The position numbers and the translations under genes are program-made. A stretch of 64,000 bases of DNA from assembly GCA_041736175.1 (NCBI GenBank), contig JBGSUI010000191.1, positions 62,714 to 126,713 of the forward strand, written 5' to 3'. The notes below the pieces were generated by a model that saw nothing but the letters and a program-made list of their open reading frames with translations, searched no databases and was not told where the DNA came from. Below, piece after piece: positions 1 to 10,356 of this stretch. Position 1 is the stretch's first letter, and every line of letters begins with the position of its first letter. Source of the DNA: Oligoflexales bacterium. Lineage in GTDB: Bacteria; Bdellovibrionota_B; Oligoflexia; Oligoflexales; CAIYRB01.

Positions 1-1296
1 ACCAACTCCGCAGCAGAGCTGAGTCTCGGGCTACTTCTGGCAATGGTGCGAAATATTCCCCAGGCCCACCAAACCATGAAGACGGGCGGCTGGGACCGGC
101 ACCGCTTTTCGGGCAGAGAGCTTCGCGGCAAACGCATCGGTATTGTCGGACTTGGAAACGTCGGGCACCGGGTTGCGAAGTTTGCCCATGGCTTTGATAT
201 GGAAGTGGCCGCCTACGACCCTTATATTGCGACCCATATTTTTGAGCGACATCGGGCCAAACCCTATACCAATCTCAAAGACATGCTCCCTGAGATCGAT
301 GTCCTAACCGTCCATGTCCCACTCAATCAGGAAACCAAAGGCATGATCGACGGTAAAATGCTCGATCTGATGCCCCGTGGCAGCTATGTGGTGAATGCGG
401 CCCGAGGAGGGATCATCCACGAAGGAGATCTGGTCGCTAGACTAAACACCGGGCATATCGCTGGAGCCGCCATCGACACTTGGGACAAAGAGCCTAAGCC
501 CCTCCCGGAACTCCTCGGTCATAAACAAGTTTGGTGTTCGCCCCATATCGGCGCCTCGACTCTCGAAGCGCAGATTGCGATCGGTCAGACGGTCCTCAAA
601 CAAGTGGAAAAGGCCCTGGCAGGAAGCGTTGTCGACTATCCTGTCAACCTTCCTGAAGTGACGGTGATCGATAGCCCCATCCTAAAAGCTTATACGGTCT
701 TGGCGGAAAAACTGGGAGTGATTGTCGGCCATATCTTAAAGTTTAATCCCAACGGATTTGAACTCATCTATCGGGGTGACCTCGCCCATTTAAACCAATC
801 CATCCTCAAGCTTTCCTTTACAAAAGGATATCTCGGACAAGTTCTTGATGAGTATGTCTCCTTTGTCAACGTAACGAGCCAGCTGGAAAGGTCCGGCATT
901 AAAGTGACGGAGACCAACGACCCGGGATTTGAAAGCTACAAGTCGGCTTTTAAAGTCAGGGTGGTGGGCGCAGGGGACAACGAGCTTACGGTGGGTGGAG
1001 TCGTTTTTGACGATAAATATCTGCGACTAACTCTGATCAACGATTTTTATTTTGAAGTGGAACCCAGCGGCGAGCTTGTGGTTATCGAAAACCATGATCG
1101 TCCTGGAGTTATTGGGGATATTGGACACTTTTTTTCGACTCGAGGCGTCAACATCGATAGCTTTACCCTGAGTCGCAACCGACTGGGTGGACGAGCGATG
1201 GCGATCTTAAAGACCGATTCTCCCCTCAGTGCAGAGGCATCCCAAGGACTGGCAAAGTTGGCCAATATCGTGGATGTGCATAGAGTCCACCTCTAG
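1..1296 (+). CDS. serA: D-3-phosphoglycerate dehydrogenase, long form with ASB and ACT domains (5' end outside the window)
   Basis: Frame is open from base 1 (TNSAAELSLGLLLAM...). Rossmann GIVGLGNVG, VNAARGGII, PHIGAST and C-terminal ACT (NHDRPGVIG) motifs. Confidence 0.95.
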   Translation, partial: TNSAAELSLGLLLAMVRNIPQAHQTMKTGGWDRHRFSGRELRGKRIGIVGLGNVGHRVAKFAHGFDMEVAAYDPYIATHIFERHRAKPYTNLKDMLPEIDVLTVHVPLNQETKGMIDGKMLDLMPRGSYVVNAARGGIIHEGDLVARLNTGHIAGAAIDTWDKEPKPLPELLGHKQVWCSPHIGASTLEAQIAIGQTVLKQVEKALAGSVVDYPVNLPEVTVIDSPILKAYTVLAEKLGVIVGHILKFNPNGFELIYRGDLAHLNQSILKLSFTKGYLGQVLDEYVSFVNVTSQLERSGIKVTETNDPGFESYKSAFKVRVVGAGDNELTVGGVVFDDKYLRLTLINDFYFEVEPSGELVVIENHDRPGVIGDIGHFFSTRGVNIDSFTLSRNRLGGRAMAILKTDSPLSAEASQGLAKLANIVDVHRVHL

Positions 1297-1310
1297 GAGA
1301 GTAGGGATTT

Positions 1311-2108
1311 TTGCAAGCATTAGAGTCGGTTTTTAGTGGGGTGTCACCCACAACCTATGGAATCTTGGGAATCCTAGCCGGCTTCCTCGGCACTCTTGTG
1401 GGTGCAGGGGGAGGATTTATCATCATCCCAGCGCTATTGAGCCTTTGGCCAGAGAGTAGCCCCGCAGAAATCACAGCGACCTCGCTGCTGGTGGTTTTTT
1501 TTAACGGAGCCTCAGCGACTTGGGTCCATAGCCGGCAGCAAAGAATCGACTGGCGGATAGGGTGGCTATTTGTCCTCGCGGCAGTTCCCGGATCTTTTTT
1601 AGGGGCCACTCTGGTGAAGGAGGTCCCTACGGCGGCTTTTACCGGAACTTTCGGCGTGCTGCTTGTTGTTATGGCTTGCGGGATTCTCGCTAAAAATAGG
1701 ATGCCACCTGTGGTCCCGGACGCCACCAGTCCCCCCCGGGCTGGTCCCGCGCTTTTGTTAAGTGGGTTGGTTTCACTTTTGGCGAGTGCCCTAGGGATCG
1801 GTGGCGGGATTTTTTATGTACCAGTTTTAGTTTATTGGTTCCATACCTCAGTCCACCATGCGACGGCTACTTCCCAGTTTGTGATGATGCTGATGAGTTC
1901 GGTAGCGATTGGAGTTCACTGGTCCCAGGGTGTTTTTCAAAAACTTCCAGTTCCTCCAGTGGCCATTTTAGTGGTAACAGCGATGATAGGGGCCCAACTC
2001 GGCGCTCGTGTAGGTCCCCAATTAAGGGGAGTCACCATCGTCAGGGGACTCTCCCTGGTGATGGTCACCTTAGGGATCAGGCTGGTGCTCAGAGCCTTCT
2101 TCCCATAG
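1311..2108 (+). CDS. TSUP/TauE/SafE family membrane transporter
   Basis: Duplicated G(A/I)GGG-hydrophobic-P motifs (GAGGGFIIIP, GIGGGIFYVP), ATS motifs, about 8 TM segments; GGAG upstream of the TTG start. Confidence 0.9.
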   Translation: MQALESVFSGVSPTTYGILGILAGFLGTLVGAGGGFIIIPALLSLWPESSPAEITATSLLVVFFNGASATWVHSRQQRIDWRIGWLFVLAAVPGSFLGATLVKEVPTAAFTGTFGVLLVVMACGILAKNRMPPVVPDATSPPRAGPALLLSGLVSLLASALGIGGGIFYVPVLVYWFHTSVHHATATSQFVMMLMSSVAIGVHWSQGVFQKLPVPPVAILVVTAMIGAQLGARVGPQLRGVTIVRGLSLVMVTLGIRLVLRAFFP

Positions 2109-2121
2109 ATAAGGCAGGTCG

Positions 2122-3612
2122 TTATTTTTTAAGGCGAGGTCCGTTGAGGAAAGCTTCTTTGAGATGGCTTATGATCAACTGGATCTCTGGAGTCGTGATC
2201 AGAAAGTGTGGGGTAAACCGTAATGCGTTTTTCCCACCATGGATCACGCCGATCCCTTTTTTGCGCAGATATTCTTCGAGCTGGCCGACTCCCACCACTG
2301 CAAACACCTCTGGATTGAGCTCCATAGAGCAGAGGAGGCCTTGGCCTTGGGTTTTGGTGATCACCTGGGGAAATTCCTTGGCGAGTTTTGCGAACTCTTG
2401 GAGAAGCTCAGCGCCTTTACTTCGGATGTTCGATCTGGCCTGGGGGGTGACCAAATCAAGGGTGGCAACGGCGACGTCGCAGGCACGGGGATTGGTGGTC
2501 TTGGTATTGCCATAGATTCCCCGTTTGTAGAAAGGCACTGCGTTTTCATGGATGGCTAGTACGGAGAGGGGGAATTGGCCCCCGTTGAGAGCTTTGGAAT
2601 AGCTTTCCATATCAGGGGCAGGCAGACTTTCAAAGCCAGGGTAGTCCACAAGGCTGAGATAGCCAGTGGTCCTGAGGCCAGCCTGGATCGAATCGACGAT
2701 CAGGAGAGTTTTGTTTTGAGTCGTGAGTTCCCTGGCCACTTTGTAAAAGGAAGGATCCAGAGCGAGTCCAGGGTTGCCTTCGCCCATGACGGGTTCGATG
2801 GCCATGGCTTCGAAGTAGACGTTGTTTTCGTGAGCCCACTGGTAAGCTTTACGAAGTGCTTCTATGTCGTTTGGGGGAATCGTGTAATTGACCTGGAGAT
2901 TGCGGAAGGACTCTAAGTGGGTCGAGTAGTTTTTATAAGACGAACTGGAAATCATCGCAGGTCGTTCGGTGCGGCCGTGAAATCCGCCTTGGAACGATAG
3001 AAACATGGTCTTTCGCGGGAGTTTGGGGTCTTCGTCTAAGACGACCCTTGCATGGGCGTCGGAAATCCTAAAGGCGACGGTCATGGCTTCTGAGCCGCTA
3101 TTGACGCAGATAAACTTTGCGTAAGGACAACCTTTGGGACGGTTCTGGCCTATTTCGCGGCGAAGGCGCTGGTTGAGTCGGTATTGGCTCATATGGGCTG
3201 TCATGACGTTGGCCATAACCTGGGGTGTTGCCAGGGACTTGACGAGGGATTCCGGGCTATGGCCAAACCCTAGCATTCCGTAGCCACCGCTGTCGTGAAT
3301 CACGGCTCCATGGAGGGTGACCAGCCAAGGGCCTCGGGCCGCCGCCGGGATATAGGGGTTCCGTTGGTCCATGGGGTAGAAGTTAAGGTACCCTTCTTGG
3401 ACCTGATCGATAAGGGCCATTTCGGAAACCTTTGTTACAAAAGGAAACTCAGAAACTACGGCGTCGCTGACCACAAGGGCCTCATCGATGGCTTGCTTAA
3501 GCTGTGGAAAGACGGGGATCAGGCCAGCGAGGGTGGCCGGATCGAGACCGGGAGTCGAGCGGGGCCCCATTCTTTCGGCTATGGTGTTCAGCTTTTTAAG
3601 GGTCTCTTGCAT
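2122..3612 (-). CDS. lat: Class III PLP-dependent aminotransferase, L-lysine 6-aminotransferase-like
   Basis: NSGSEA, FHGRT, EPVMGEG, DSIQAG, SKALNGG (PLP lysine). The N-terminal YLNFY..PYIPAAARGPW...DSGGYGMLGFGH block recalls the ~490-aa Lat-type enzymes. Start moved to ATG 3612, which has an AAGGAGG RBS. Confidence 0.8.
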   Translation of the reverse strand: MQETLKKLNTIAERMGPRSTPGLDPATLAGLIPVFPQLKQAIDEALVVSDAVVSEFPFVTKVSEMALIDQVQEGYLNFYPMDQRNPYIPAAARGPWLVTLHGAVIHDSGGYGMLGFGHSPESLVKSLATPQVMANVMTAHMSQYRLNQRLRREIGQNRPKGCPYAKFICVNSGSEAMTVAFRISDAHARVVLDEDPKLPRKTMFLSFQGGFHGRTERPAMISSSSYKNYSTHLESFRNLQVNYTIPPNDIEALRKAYQWAHENNVYFEAMAIEPVMGEGNPGLALDPSFYKVARELTTQNKTLLIVDSIQAGLRTTGYLSLVDYPGFESLPAPDMESYSKALNGGQFPLSVLAIHENAVPFYKRGIYGNTKTTNPRACDVAVATLDLVTPQARSNIRSKGAELLQEFAKLAKEFPQVITKTQGQGLLCSMELNPEVFAVVGVGQLEEYLRKKGIGVIHGGKNALRFTPHFLITTPEIQLIISHLKEAFLNGPRLKK

Positions 3613-3743
3613 GGTAGCCTCCTTGGGGTTCCTGTCTCGCCTCTCTAAAATCATAACGGCGCTGTCGATGAAAAGTCGTTTTCCTTGGTCAAGGCAACAG
3701 CTACGAGTCATTTAGGGACGGTGCGGAGTATATCAAACTTTGC

Positions 3744-4271
3744 TCAGATAGAAAGTCCTTGAATCGTGGAACCGTTTTTTTTTGCCTTAGGACCCATGGT
3801 TTGGAAATGGGCGATTAACACCAGAATCAGCCCACCCATGATCGAAACGTCAGCTATATTAAAAATTCCGGTTCTGAGTTCGCCGATACCCATGTTCATA
3901 AAATCGATGACTACCCCTGCCCGGATCCGATCGATCATATTGGAGACACCTCCGGCAAGGATCAATCCGTACCCATAAATGTCCAGTTTGGAGAGGTCCT
4001 TTTTTAAAAACAGAAAAGCCATAAGCCCTACCAGGATTCCACTGGAAAAGAGGGTGAGCAGCAGATAGCGTTCCCAATCGGGGAGATCCGCACCCATCCC
4101 TAAAAAAGCACCTGTATTTTCTGCATATTCGAGCCTAAAGAAATTGCCCCAAAAAACGATAGGCTCATGTCCTTTAAGCCATGAAAGTGCTACTAATTTG
4201 GTGGCCTGATCCACAACCGTGCATAAAAAAGTCGTGACCCCCAGCACCAAAAATCGATCCGATGTTTTCAT
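3744..4271 (-). CDS. lspA: Lipoprotein signal peptidase II
   Basis: DQATK, NTGAFLG, GGVSNMIDR, VIDF and FNIAD motifs. Start placed at ATG 4271 (MKTSDRF). Confidence 0.95.
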   Translation of the reverse strand: MKTSDRFLVLGVTTFLCTVVDQATKLVALSWLKGHEPIVFWGNFFRLEYAENTGAFLGMGADLPDWERYLLLTLFSSGILVGLMAFLFLKKDLSKLDIYGYGLILAGGVSNMIDRIRAGVVIDFMNMGIGELRTGIFNIADVSIMGGLILVLIAHFQTMGPKAKKNGSTIQGLSI

Positions 4272-4357
4272 GAATTCTTCCTCCACTATCCCCATCGGCA
4301 CATGGGCATAAAAAATTGACCCCAAACCAGCCCTATCCTCTAAAATCCTAGTGGTTG

Positions 4358-5695
4358 TCACTCAGAACTAGCTTTTGGAGGGTGATTTTTCTTACGGCTT
4401 AAAATCCGCCGACTTCGTATTTTTTTAAGGATAGAGATGAATTCTGCCTGGGTCTCTTCAGGCAGTGGATAGGACTTGAGTCGATCTGGCCTCACCCCAA
4501 TGGCGATTTCTTGACGTGTCCAGACTCCATAAATCACCCCCATCAGGGCTGATAGAAGCGTGCCGTAAGGAAACCAAAAAACAAAGGGTGCTCCCAGGAT
4601 TAAGAAAATATTTTTGCGGGTCCTGTGCCTTTGAACGATGTGTAGGCTTAGGAGCGGGTGTTGGTTTTTTTCAAGGCTTAGTTCAAGCCCAGGGGGAAAG
4701 ATTTTTATGACTCGCCTTTGGTAGATATGGAGCACCCTTTGATTGGTAATCGCCATAATCCCCTCGTTGGAGCCCTGATGATATATCTTGTGCCAGAGGA
4801 GTTTTTCCCGCGACTGGGGAGTATAGTGTTCGGCGATGGGTTTTGGGAAGTAAGGTTTTTCCATCGGTACATGAGATTTGTTTGAGAGAGTAGATTTAAC
4901 TTCGGATTTACCGCGATCAAGAGAGCGATGGGTGTGGGAAGAGAGCTCAAAGGAGATGGCAGCGTTTTCTTTAGAGTGGAGTGGTCCAAAAAGGGAAACG
5001 GCTTCCGCAAAAGGGTCTTTGGGGGGGGAGTTCTGGGAACTGTCCGTTTGGGAAAGATTTTTTTTGGGTCGCAGATTGATCTTAGATAGGGAGTTTAATT
5101 TCTGGCCAATCCTAGATCTAAAAGCCTGTTCCGGCGATTTGACCCGAATCAGCCCGGACTGCTCCAAGGTTGCCGGGTCGATTCCATGGTGCTTAAGAAC
5201 CAAAGGTTTCGATGCGGGAATATAGCGGATGGAGGATGGATTGGCCTGACCAAGATCTTCACCCGAGAGGCTCCCCTTGTTGGAGCCTCTAAATTGGTAG
5301 ATCAAGAAACCACAAAGGAACATCCCACCCAGGAGTTTAAGTCCATACTCCACGAGTTCGTCCGAGTCTGTCGACAGGGCAGGAGGATTGTTTGTCGCCT
5401 TTCTGTCTCCGCGCCGTTTTGGTTGGGGTTGTCTGGCTCCTGAAACACCAGAATTGGGGCGACGAGGGGGATTAGAATTATTTTGAGCAAAAATATTCGA
5501 TAAAACAGGAAGAGTTTCAGAAGTCGCTTGTAGCTGCTGCGGTGCGAATAACAATGCGCCGCTGAGCCATAGGCCTAGTGTGGAAATGACCAAAAATCGA
5601 AAGGCAATCCGCCGATTGAGTTTGAGATATGGTAGACCCAGGGACGAACTCCTTTTGACTCCCCACCGCTCTAAGGGTGGGCGATAAATCCCCAA
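4358..5695 (-). CDS. Hypothetical membrane protein (N-terminal hydrophobic segments, low-complexity linker, C-terminal PH-like segment and TM hairpin)
   Basis: 445-aa ORF with several hydrophobic stretches; GIMAITNQRV resembles bacterial PH-domain strands. Start uncertain. Confidence 0.6.
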   Translation of the reverse strand: MGIYRPPLERWGVKRSSSLGLPYLKLNRRIAFRFLVISTLGLWLSGALLFAPQQLQATSETLPVLSNIFAQNNSNPPRRPNSGVSGARQPQPKRRGDRKATNNPPALSTDSDELVEYGLKLLGGMFLCGFLIYQFRGSNKGSLSGEDLGQANPSSIRYIPASKPLVLKHHGIDPATLEQSGLIRVKSPEQAFRSRIGQKLNSLSKINLRPKKNLSQTDSSQNSPPKDPFAEAVSLFGPLHSKENAAISFELSSHTHRSLDRGKSEVKSTLSNKSHVPMEKPYFPKPIAEHYTPQSREKLLWHKIYHQGSNEGIMAITNQRVLHIYQRRVIKIFPPGLELSLEKNQHPLLSLHIVQRHRTRKNIFLILGAPFVFWFPYGTLLSALMGVIYGVWTRQEIAIGVRPDRLKSYPLPEETQAEFISILKKIRSRRILSRKKNHPPKASSE

Positions 5696-5708
5696 TGGGG
5701 CTGAGGTT

Positions 5709-5736
5709 CTATCGGTCTTTATAGGGCAAGCCTTTA
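5709..5736 (-). promoter_or_regulatory. Putative sigma-28 (FliA)-type promoter
   Basis: TAAA-N16-ACCGATAG on the minus strand upstream of 4358..5695 (consensus TAAA-N15-GCCGATAA). Confidence 0.45.
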
Positions 5737-5750
5737 AACACCAAATAATT

Positions 5751-6881
5751 TTAGGGAGTATCTGGGGCTAGTTCTACCGGTGGCGGTGAGTCCCAAGGTT
5801 CACTAGACGAACTTGCTTTTGACACTGTGATTTTGGTGGTTTTTAGCTTATATCCCACGCAACGGATTTGAAACTCGTAGGTCCCTTCCGGTAGATAGTC
5901 GATGCGATGAAACTCCTTGGGGTCGGTGACAACCGGCAGTTTTGATTGAAACGAGGGGCTGAAGATCCAACAATTCGAAACAAATTTTTTGGTGGATTGG
6001 TCAATCGTCGTAAGTTTGACCCCTTTGGTGTAGGTCAGGGACTGGGTTCCAATGTCTAGGGTCGGAGTTGTGAGCGTGAGATCCTGTGCTGTCCCAAACT
6101 TGACCTCGCTCAGGGACCAAGATTTTTGGCGATTTTGGCTACTCTTTTTTGAATACCACATAAAGAGCCGTAGCTTTTGGGGTGTTTGCTGCGTGATAAA
6201 CTGGCCGCCATGGAGACCAGAGTCGCTGGGATCAAGGCTAATGTTGAGGACGAATTGGCCGGAGGAGTTAGAACGAATCGCCTGGTCGGGGAATCCCTCA
6301 AAAAAGACTTGGCCATCGCTGAGGGCCTGCCCTGGCTCGAATCCCTGAACGGAGACGGAAGAATCTAGTTTTAGACTGCCGACCACCGCGTGGGTTTTGG
6401 TGCCTGTTGGTGAGAGGTCATTGGGACCAAAGCTTTTGCAGTGTGCTAGGAAATTCATATGGTGTTCCTCCGTCACAGCAATCGGGTCAACGGTGGTTTC
6501 AGGGCTGGATTCGGGATTTATTTCGACCCGCCAGACATGGTCGGTGGGAGCTGAATCACATTGGCCGTTGCCGTTGGCATCCGCATAGTAGTCTAAAAAA
6601 TAGGATTGGCTTGTATCGATGATACCTTTGAGGTCAAACCTAAATTTTCCACCGTTTACAATTTGAGATTTGAGTTCCACCCTTCGCCGCTCTGTGGCGG
6701 TGACAAGGGCGAGGGTGATGGTTTGGCCTTCATGGGGAGTGAATCCCTCGCCCGAAAAGGCTAAGTCGACTGTTTTGTTGCTGCTGGCGACGGTATTAGC
6801 CTGTTGGGTCTGTTTTTTTCCACAAGCCGCTCCTAAGGCTAGGGGTAGCAGGACAGCCAAAAGGTGAGGGTTTAGTGACAT
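5751..6881 (-). CDS. Hypothetical multidomain lipoprotein
   Basis: Lipobox LGAAC; DANGNGQCD Ca-loop-like motif; beta-rich, carboxypeptidase-regulatory-like C-terminus (LPEGTYEFQIRCVGY). Confidence 0.8.
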   Translation of the reverse strand: MSLNPHLLAVLLPLALGAACGKKQTQQANTVASSNKTVDLAFSGEGFTPHEGQTITLALVTATERRRVELKSQIVNGGKFRFDLKGIIDTSQSYFLDYYADANGNGQCDSAPTDHVWRVEINPESSPETTVDPIAVTEEHHMNFLAHCKSFGPNDLSPTGTKTHAVVGSLKLDSSVSVQGFEPGQALSDGQVFFEGFPDQAIRSNSSGQFVLNISLDPSDSGLHGGQFITQQTPQKLRLFMWYSKKSSQNRQKSWSLSEVKFGTAQDLTLTTPTLDIGTQSLTYTKGVKLTTIDQSTKKFVSNCWIFSPSFQSKLPVVTDPKEFHRIDYLPEGTYEFQIRCVGYKLKTTKITVSKASSSSEPWDSPPPVELAPDTP

Positions 6882-6950
6882 TAAGAGTTATCCTGTAGGT
6901 TATAAAAGTCTTGATTCTTGTGGAGCTTGTTAACTGGCACGACATCAGAT

Positions 6951-6977
6951 AGATCGGAACGTCCCTCAAAAAGTTAA
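6951..6977 (-). promoter_or_regulatory. Putative sigma-28-type promoter
   Basis: TTAA-N15-TCCGATCT upstream of the 5751..6881 lipoprotein. Confidence 0.35.
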
Positions 6978-7113
6978 TAAATTAGTGAGTTTGATGTTTT
7001 TTTGTCCATTAAATCAGACGATTACTTTTCTACACTAAGGATTCCAACTTGAATAGACGAAAGGCTTGTTGGTAGGTCGTGTGGCTTGAATTTAGTGCAA
7101 GGGGGATAGCGGG

Positions 7114-8790
7114 GTGTCAGGCAAGCTTCAGGTGCAAAAGTTATTTTTGGTCGGCTTGGTGTGCACCGTCAATTCCTTTGCCCTAGCCTATTATTACGCA
7201 GACCGTAAGATTGTCGCCACGATCGAGCCGAGCCATTATGCCATCGGAATCGCCCTGTCTCTTGCTGTAGGATTGCTTGCCAGTTGGATTCTTGCACATC
7301 CCTCAAAAGATAACGAGAGTCTCTCCGAGAGCCTCATCAGTGGAGAGGATGTCGATGTACTAGAGCAAGGAGCTGGTGAATCACAGCAGTCCCTTGTGGA
7401 GAAAAACCGGACTCTGGAGGCCCAGGTCGCTGTGTTGGAGCAGGAGAAACGACAAGCGATCGAAGGCAAAAACAAGATCGATATCGAGTCTCAAGAATTA
7501 GGCAGAATCCTCGCCGAAAAAGAGCAGGCTGAACTCACACAAGTCGAATATCAGCAAAAAATGAATCGAGAATTTGAAGAAAAAAGAGACCAGCTTGAAT
7601 TTGAAATCTCGCGGCGTAAGCAAATCCAAGGCACTCTCGAGGCAAACGAGCAGCGTTACCGCGGAATGATTGAAGGCGCTTCAGACGCCCTACTTTTAAG
7701 TTCTTCCCGGGGAGTTGTGGAGTATGCCAGCCCGGCCTCAGAGGAGCTTTTAGGGGTGGCGCCGGAGGATTTGTTAGGGTCGGAGATTGATTATGCCATT
7801 TCTGATGATCTAGGAAGCCTCAAGAGCTTTATTAATAAAGCAGAAAACAAATCATCCATTGTCTACCGAATCCAGGTCGCAAAAAAAGGACAACCAATGG
7901 TCCAAAAATATGTGTCCCACCATTTGAGCTACCTCGATATACCTGGCAAACGACGTATTCTGATCCATAGCCTCAGAGATGTTTCAGCTATTAAAACAGC
8001 AGAGGCACAAAAAGCCGAATACGAAAAACAACTGTTTCACGCCAGCAAACTCGCTTCTCTCGGAACCATGGGTGCAGGCATAGCCCACGAGCTCAACAAT
8101 CCCCTTTCAGTCATCAAAGGTTTTTCGGAAAAGATCCGCAGCGACCTGCTCAAAACCTTTGGGGATTCCCATAGAACGATCGCTGAATTGGACAAAATTT
8201 TAAAACAGACTTCACGTATGAAAACGATTATAGATCAACTAAGAGTGTTTAGTCGCAGAGACTCAGGGAAAGAACTATCCGTCGTCACCGCAGACCGATT
8301 GATCAACGATGCCCTGATCCTCCAAAGGCACCAATTGGCAGGTTCGCAGATTGTCCTAGAAGTCAATATTCCCGATCAAGCTCCTCCCCTAAACATCAAC
8401 TTAACCCATTTTGAGTCCGTGATTCAAAACCTGGTATCCAATGCCTACGATGCCCATGTCTCCCGTGCCTTAGCAGGTGCTGCGGGGGATAGCTCCCCGT
8501 GGATCCGCATTTGCTACAAGGTGCCCGATCATAAAACGGTCGAGATTGAGGTCGAAGATAATGCTGGGGGGATACCTAAGGAGGCTCTCCCAAAAATATT
8601 TGACCCCTTCTTTACCACCAAGAGTCCTGGGAAAGGGACCGGGTTGGGTTTAGCCCTGGTGCAAAGTATCATTGCAGATCACCAAGGGACCATCCAAGTC
8701 AAAAGCGAAGAGGGTCAAGGCACTGTCTTTAAAATCACCTTGCCACAATTTCATGATACCTCTACTGTGTCTGAAAAACATTCGGCATGA
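7114..8790 (+). CDS. PAS-domain sensor histidine kinase (NtrB-like HisKA plus HATPase_c)
   Basis: Two N-terminal TM segments, coiled coil, PAS, H-box [11 protein letters not shown]-box [26 protein letters not shown]. Confidence 0.93.
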   Translation: MSGKLQVQKLFLVGLVCTVNSFALAYYYADRKIVATIEPSHYAIGIALSLAVGLLASWILAHPSKDNESLSESLISGEDVDVLEQGAGESQQSLVEKNRTLEAQVAVLEQEKRQAIEGKNKIDIESQELGRILAEKEQAELTQVEYQQKMNREFEEKRDQLEFEISRRKQIQGTLEANEQRYRGMIEGASDALLLSSSRGVVEYASPASEELLGVAPEDLLGSEIDYAISDDLGSLKSFINKAENKSSIVYRIQVAKKGQPMVQKYVSHHLSYLDIPGKRRILIHSLRDVSAIKTAEAQKAEYEKQLFHASKLASLGTMGAGIAHELNNPLSVIKGFSEKIRSDLLKTFGDSHRTIAELDKILKQTSRMKTIIDQLRVFSRRDSGKELSVVTADRLINDALILQRHQLAGSQIVLEVNIPDQAPPLNINLTHFESVIQNLVSNAYDAHVSRALAGAAGDSSPWIRICYKVPDHKTVEIEVEDNAGGIPKEALPKIFDPFFTTKSPGKGTGLGLALVQSIIADHQGTIQVKSEEGQGTVFKITLPQFHDTSTVSEKHSA

Positions 8791-8805
8791 GGTTCGATAG
8801 ATTTT

Positions 8806-9450
8806 ATGGAAGTAAGGCGGGTTTGCGATGAGATCACAAGTCTCTGGCTCGATCTTGGTAACGTCTTAATCCACTTTGACCCCGTGAAACTCTGGCACCA
8901 GGTCGGAACCACCTTAAGTATTTCCCCTGACGAAGCCCGCCACCGACTGGGACAGGACCAACTCCAGGGACGGTATGAAAAGGGACTCATCGATACCGAG
9001 ACTTTTTTGCGACGCCTTGCTATGGACAGGCCTTGGACCCCGCGCCTCGCCCAAGACCTTAGCAGTGCCTTTTGTGATATCTTTTTGCCCAATACTGCCA
9101 TGATCGATTGGTCCCTTAACATGCAAAGCCAGGGACTGCGCCTAGTATTAGTCTCCAACTCTAATAAACTCCACATAGATTATGTCCGCCGTTCCTTTCG
9201 CCTCTTGGAATATTTTGATCATCTTGTCATTTCTTTTGAGATAAACGCTATGAAACCCGAGATGGAGTTTTTTGAAAAAGCCATCGCTAAAACCGGAGAC
9301 GAGGCCCCCCATAAAGCCCTTTATATCGACGATTTGGCTGAAAACATCCAAAGTGGTACAGACTTTGGACTCAGGTCTGTTCAGTTCAGTGATTTTTCTA
9401 ATTTCCAAAAATGGCTAGCAGATGCCAGGTTATCTTTTCGTATCAATTAA
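8806..9450 (+). CDS. HAD-superfamily phosphatase (YihX-like)
   Basis: Motif I DLGNVL, motif II LVSN, KP, motif IV YIDD...N. Confidence 0.9.
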   Translation: MEVRRVCDEITSLWLDLGNVLIHFDPVKLWHQVGTTLSISPDEARHRLGQDQLQGRYEKGLIDTETFLRRLAMDRPWTPRLAQDLSSAFCDIFLPNTAMIDWSLNMQSQGLRLVLVSNSNKLHIDYVRRSFRLLEYFDHLVISFEINAMKPEMEFFEKAIAKTGDEAPHKALYIDDLAENIQSGTDFGLRSVQFSDFSNFQKWLADARLSFRIN

Positions 9451-9537
9451 ACGATCGATTTAAAAGCTTATATTTTTATAATCTGCTAATAAAAGAACTC
9501 TTTATTGAGAATCAATGAATTCTTTTTCGGTGGGCAC

Positions 9538-9564
9538 TCAAGTTTGGATCTTGGGAGCCGATCT
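9538..9564 (+). promoter_or_regulatory. Putative sigma-28-type promoter
   Basis: TCAA-N15-GCCGATCT about 40 nt upstream of ATG 9607. Confidence 0.55.
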
Positions 9565-9606
9565 TAGGATAAGTGTTCGCTGGGACCTTAAATAAAGAGG
9601 TAAACA

Positions 9607-10272
9607 ATGAAAAAATCATACATTTGGATCGTAAAGGGAATTGTGTGCCTAGCATCTTTAGGCTCAAACCTAGGGTTTGCGAAGGCTGGATTTAATGTGT
9701 TTGGTAGCTTTTTTTACGACAAAAGTGCTTTGGATTCAGATCTAAATAGTAATGGAGTCACCACAACCACCTCATCCCAAGACTTCGCCTTCAATATCGG
9801 GGGTGGGTATGCCTTTGACATCGGTCTTTACCTTGGACTTAAGTACTTGGACTATACCAACACCCAAAAAATCTCACTTTACGATGCTACGGCGATTACG
9901 AGTCCTTCACAGACCGTAAAAACCGCTTTTGCTGCTCCGGGAGTGTCCGTAGGATTTGTCGCAGATAAAGGTTTTTATATCCTTGGTACTGGATTATTTG
10001 TCCCCGAAGAAACAGTGGAAACAACGACCATCAATGGCACGGCCACGTCCTATTCAAAATCAGTGGTCAAGGGCAACTTTGGCTATATGGCAGACGTGGG
10101 TTTTACCTATCGTTTGTCCACGTCCTTTGGCCTGGGTCCCCAGTTGACCTACTATGCGGCTAATTTTAATAAGCATGCGTCCGTCAGCGATGGCGAGGCA
10201 ACTTCGGGTTCCCTTAGCAACTACCGTGAGTCAAGGATTGTCCCCTTTATGGCGATGAGCCTAGCGTTTTAG
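9607..10272 (+). CDS. Small outer-membrane beta-barrel protein
   Basis: Signal peptide, alternating aromatic/Gly strands (FNIGGGYAF, DVGFTYRL), C-terminal Phe; GAGG RBS. Confidence 0.8.
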   Translation: MKKSYIWIVKGIVCLASLGSNLGFAKAGFNVFGSFFYDKSALDSDLNSNGVTTTTSSQDFAFNIGGGYAFDIGLYLGLKYLDYTNTQKISLYDATAITSPSQTVKTAFAAPGVSVGFVADKGFYILGTGLFVPEETVETTTINGTATSYSKSVVKGNFGYMADVGFTYRLSTSFGLGPQLTYYAANFNKHASVSDGEATSGSLSNYRESRIVPFMAMSLAF

Positions 10273-10356
10273 CCTTTAACAGATCCACCCACTCTCCATT
10301 TTAATTCGGCTCGATTCTTGCATTTAGAGAAACCGAATGTTCTTTTGGAGGAAAAA

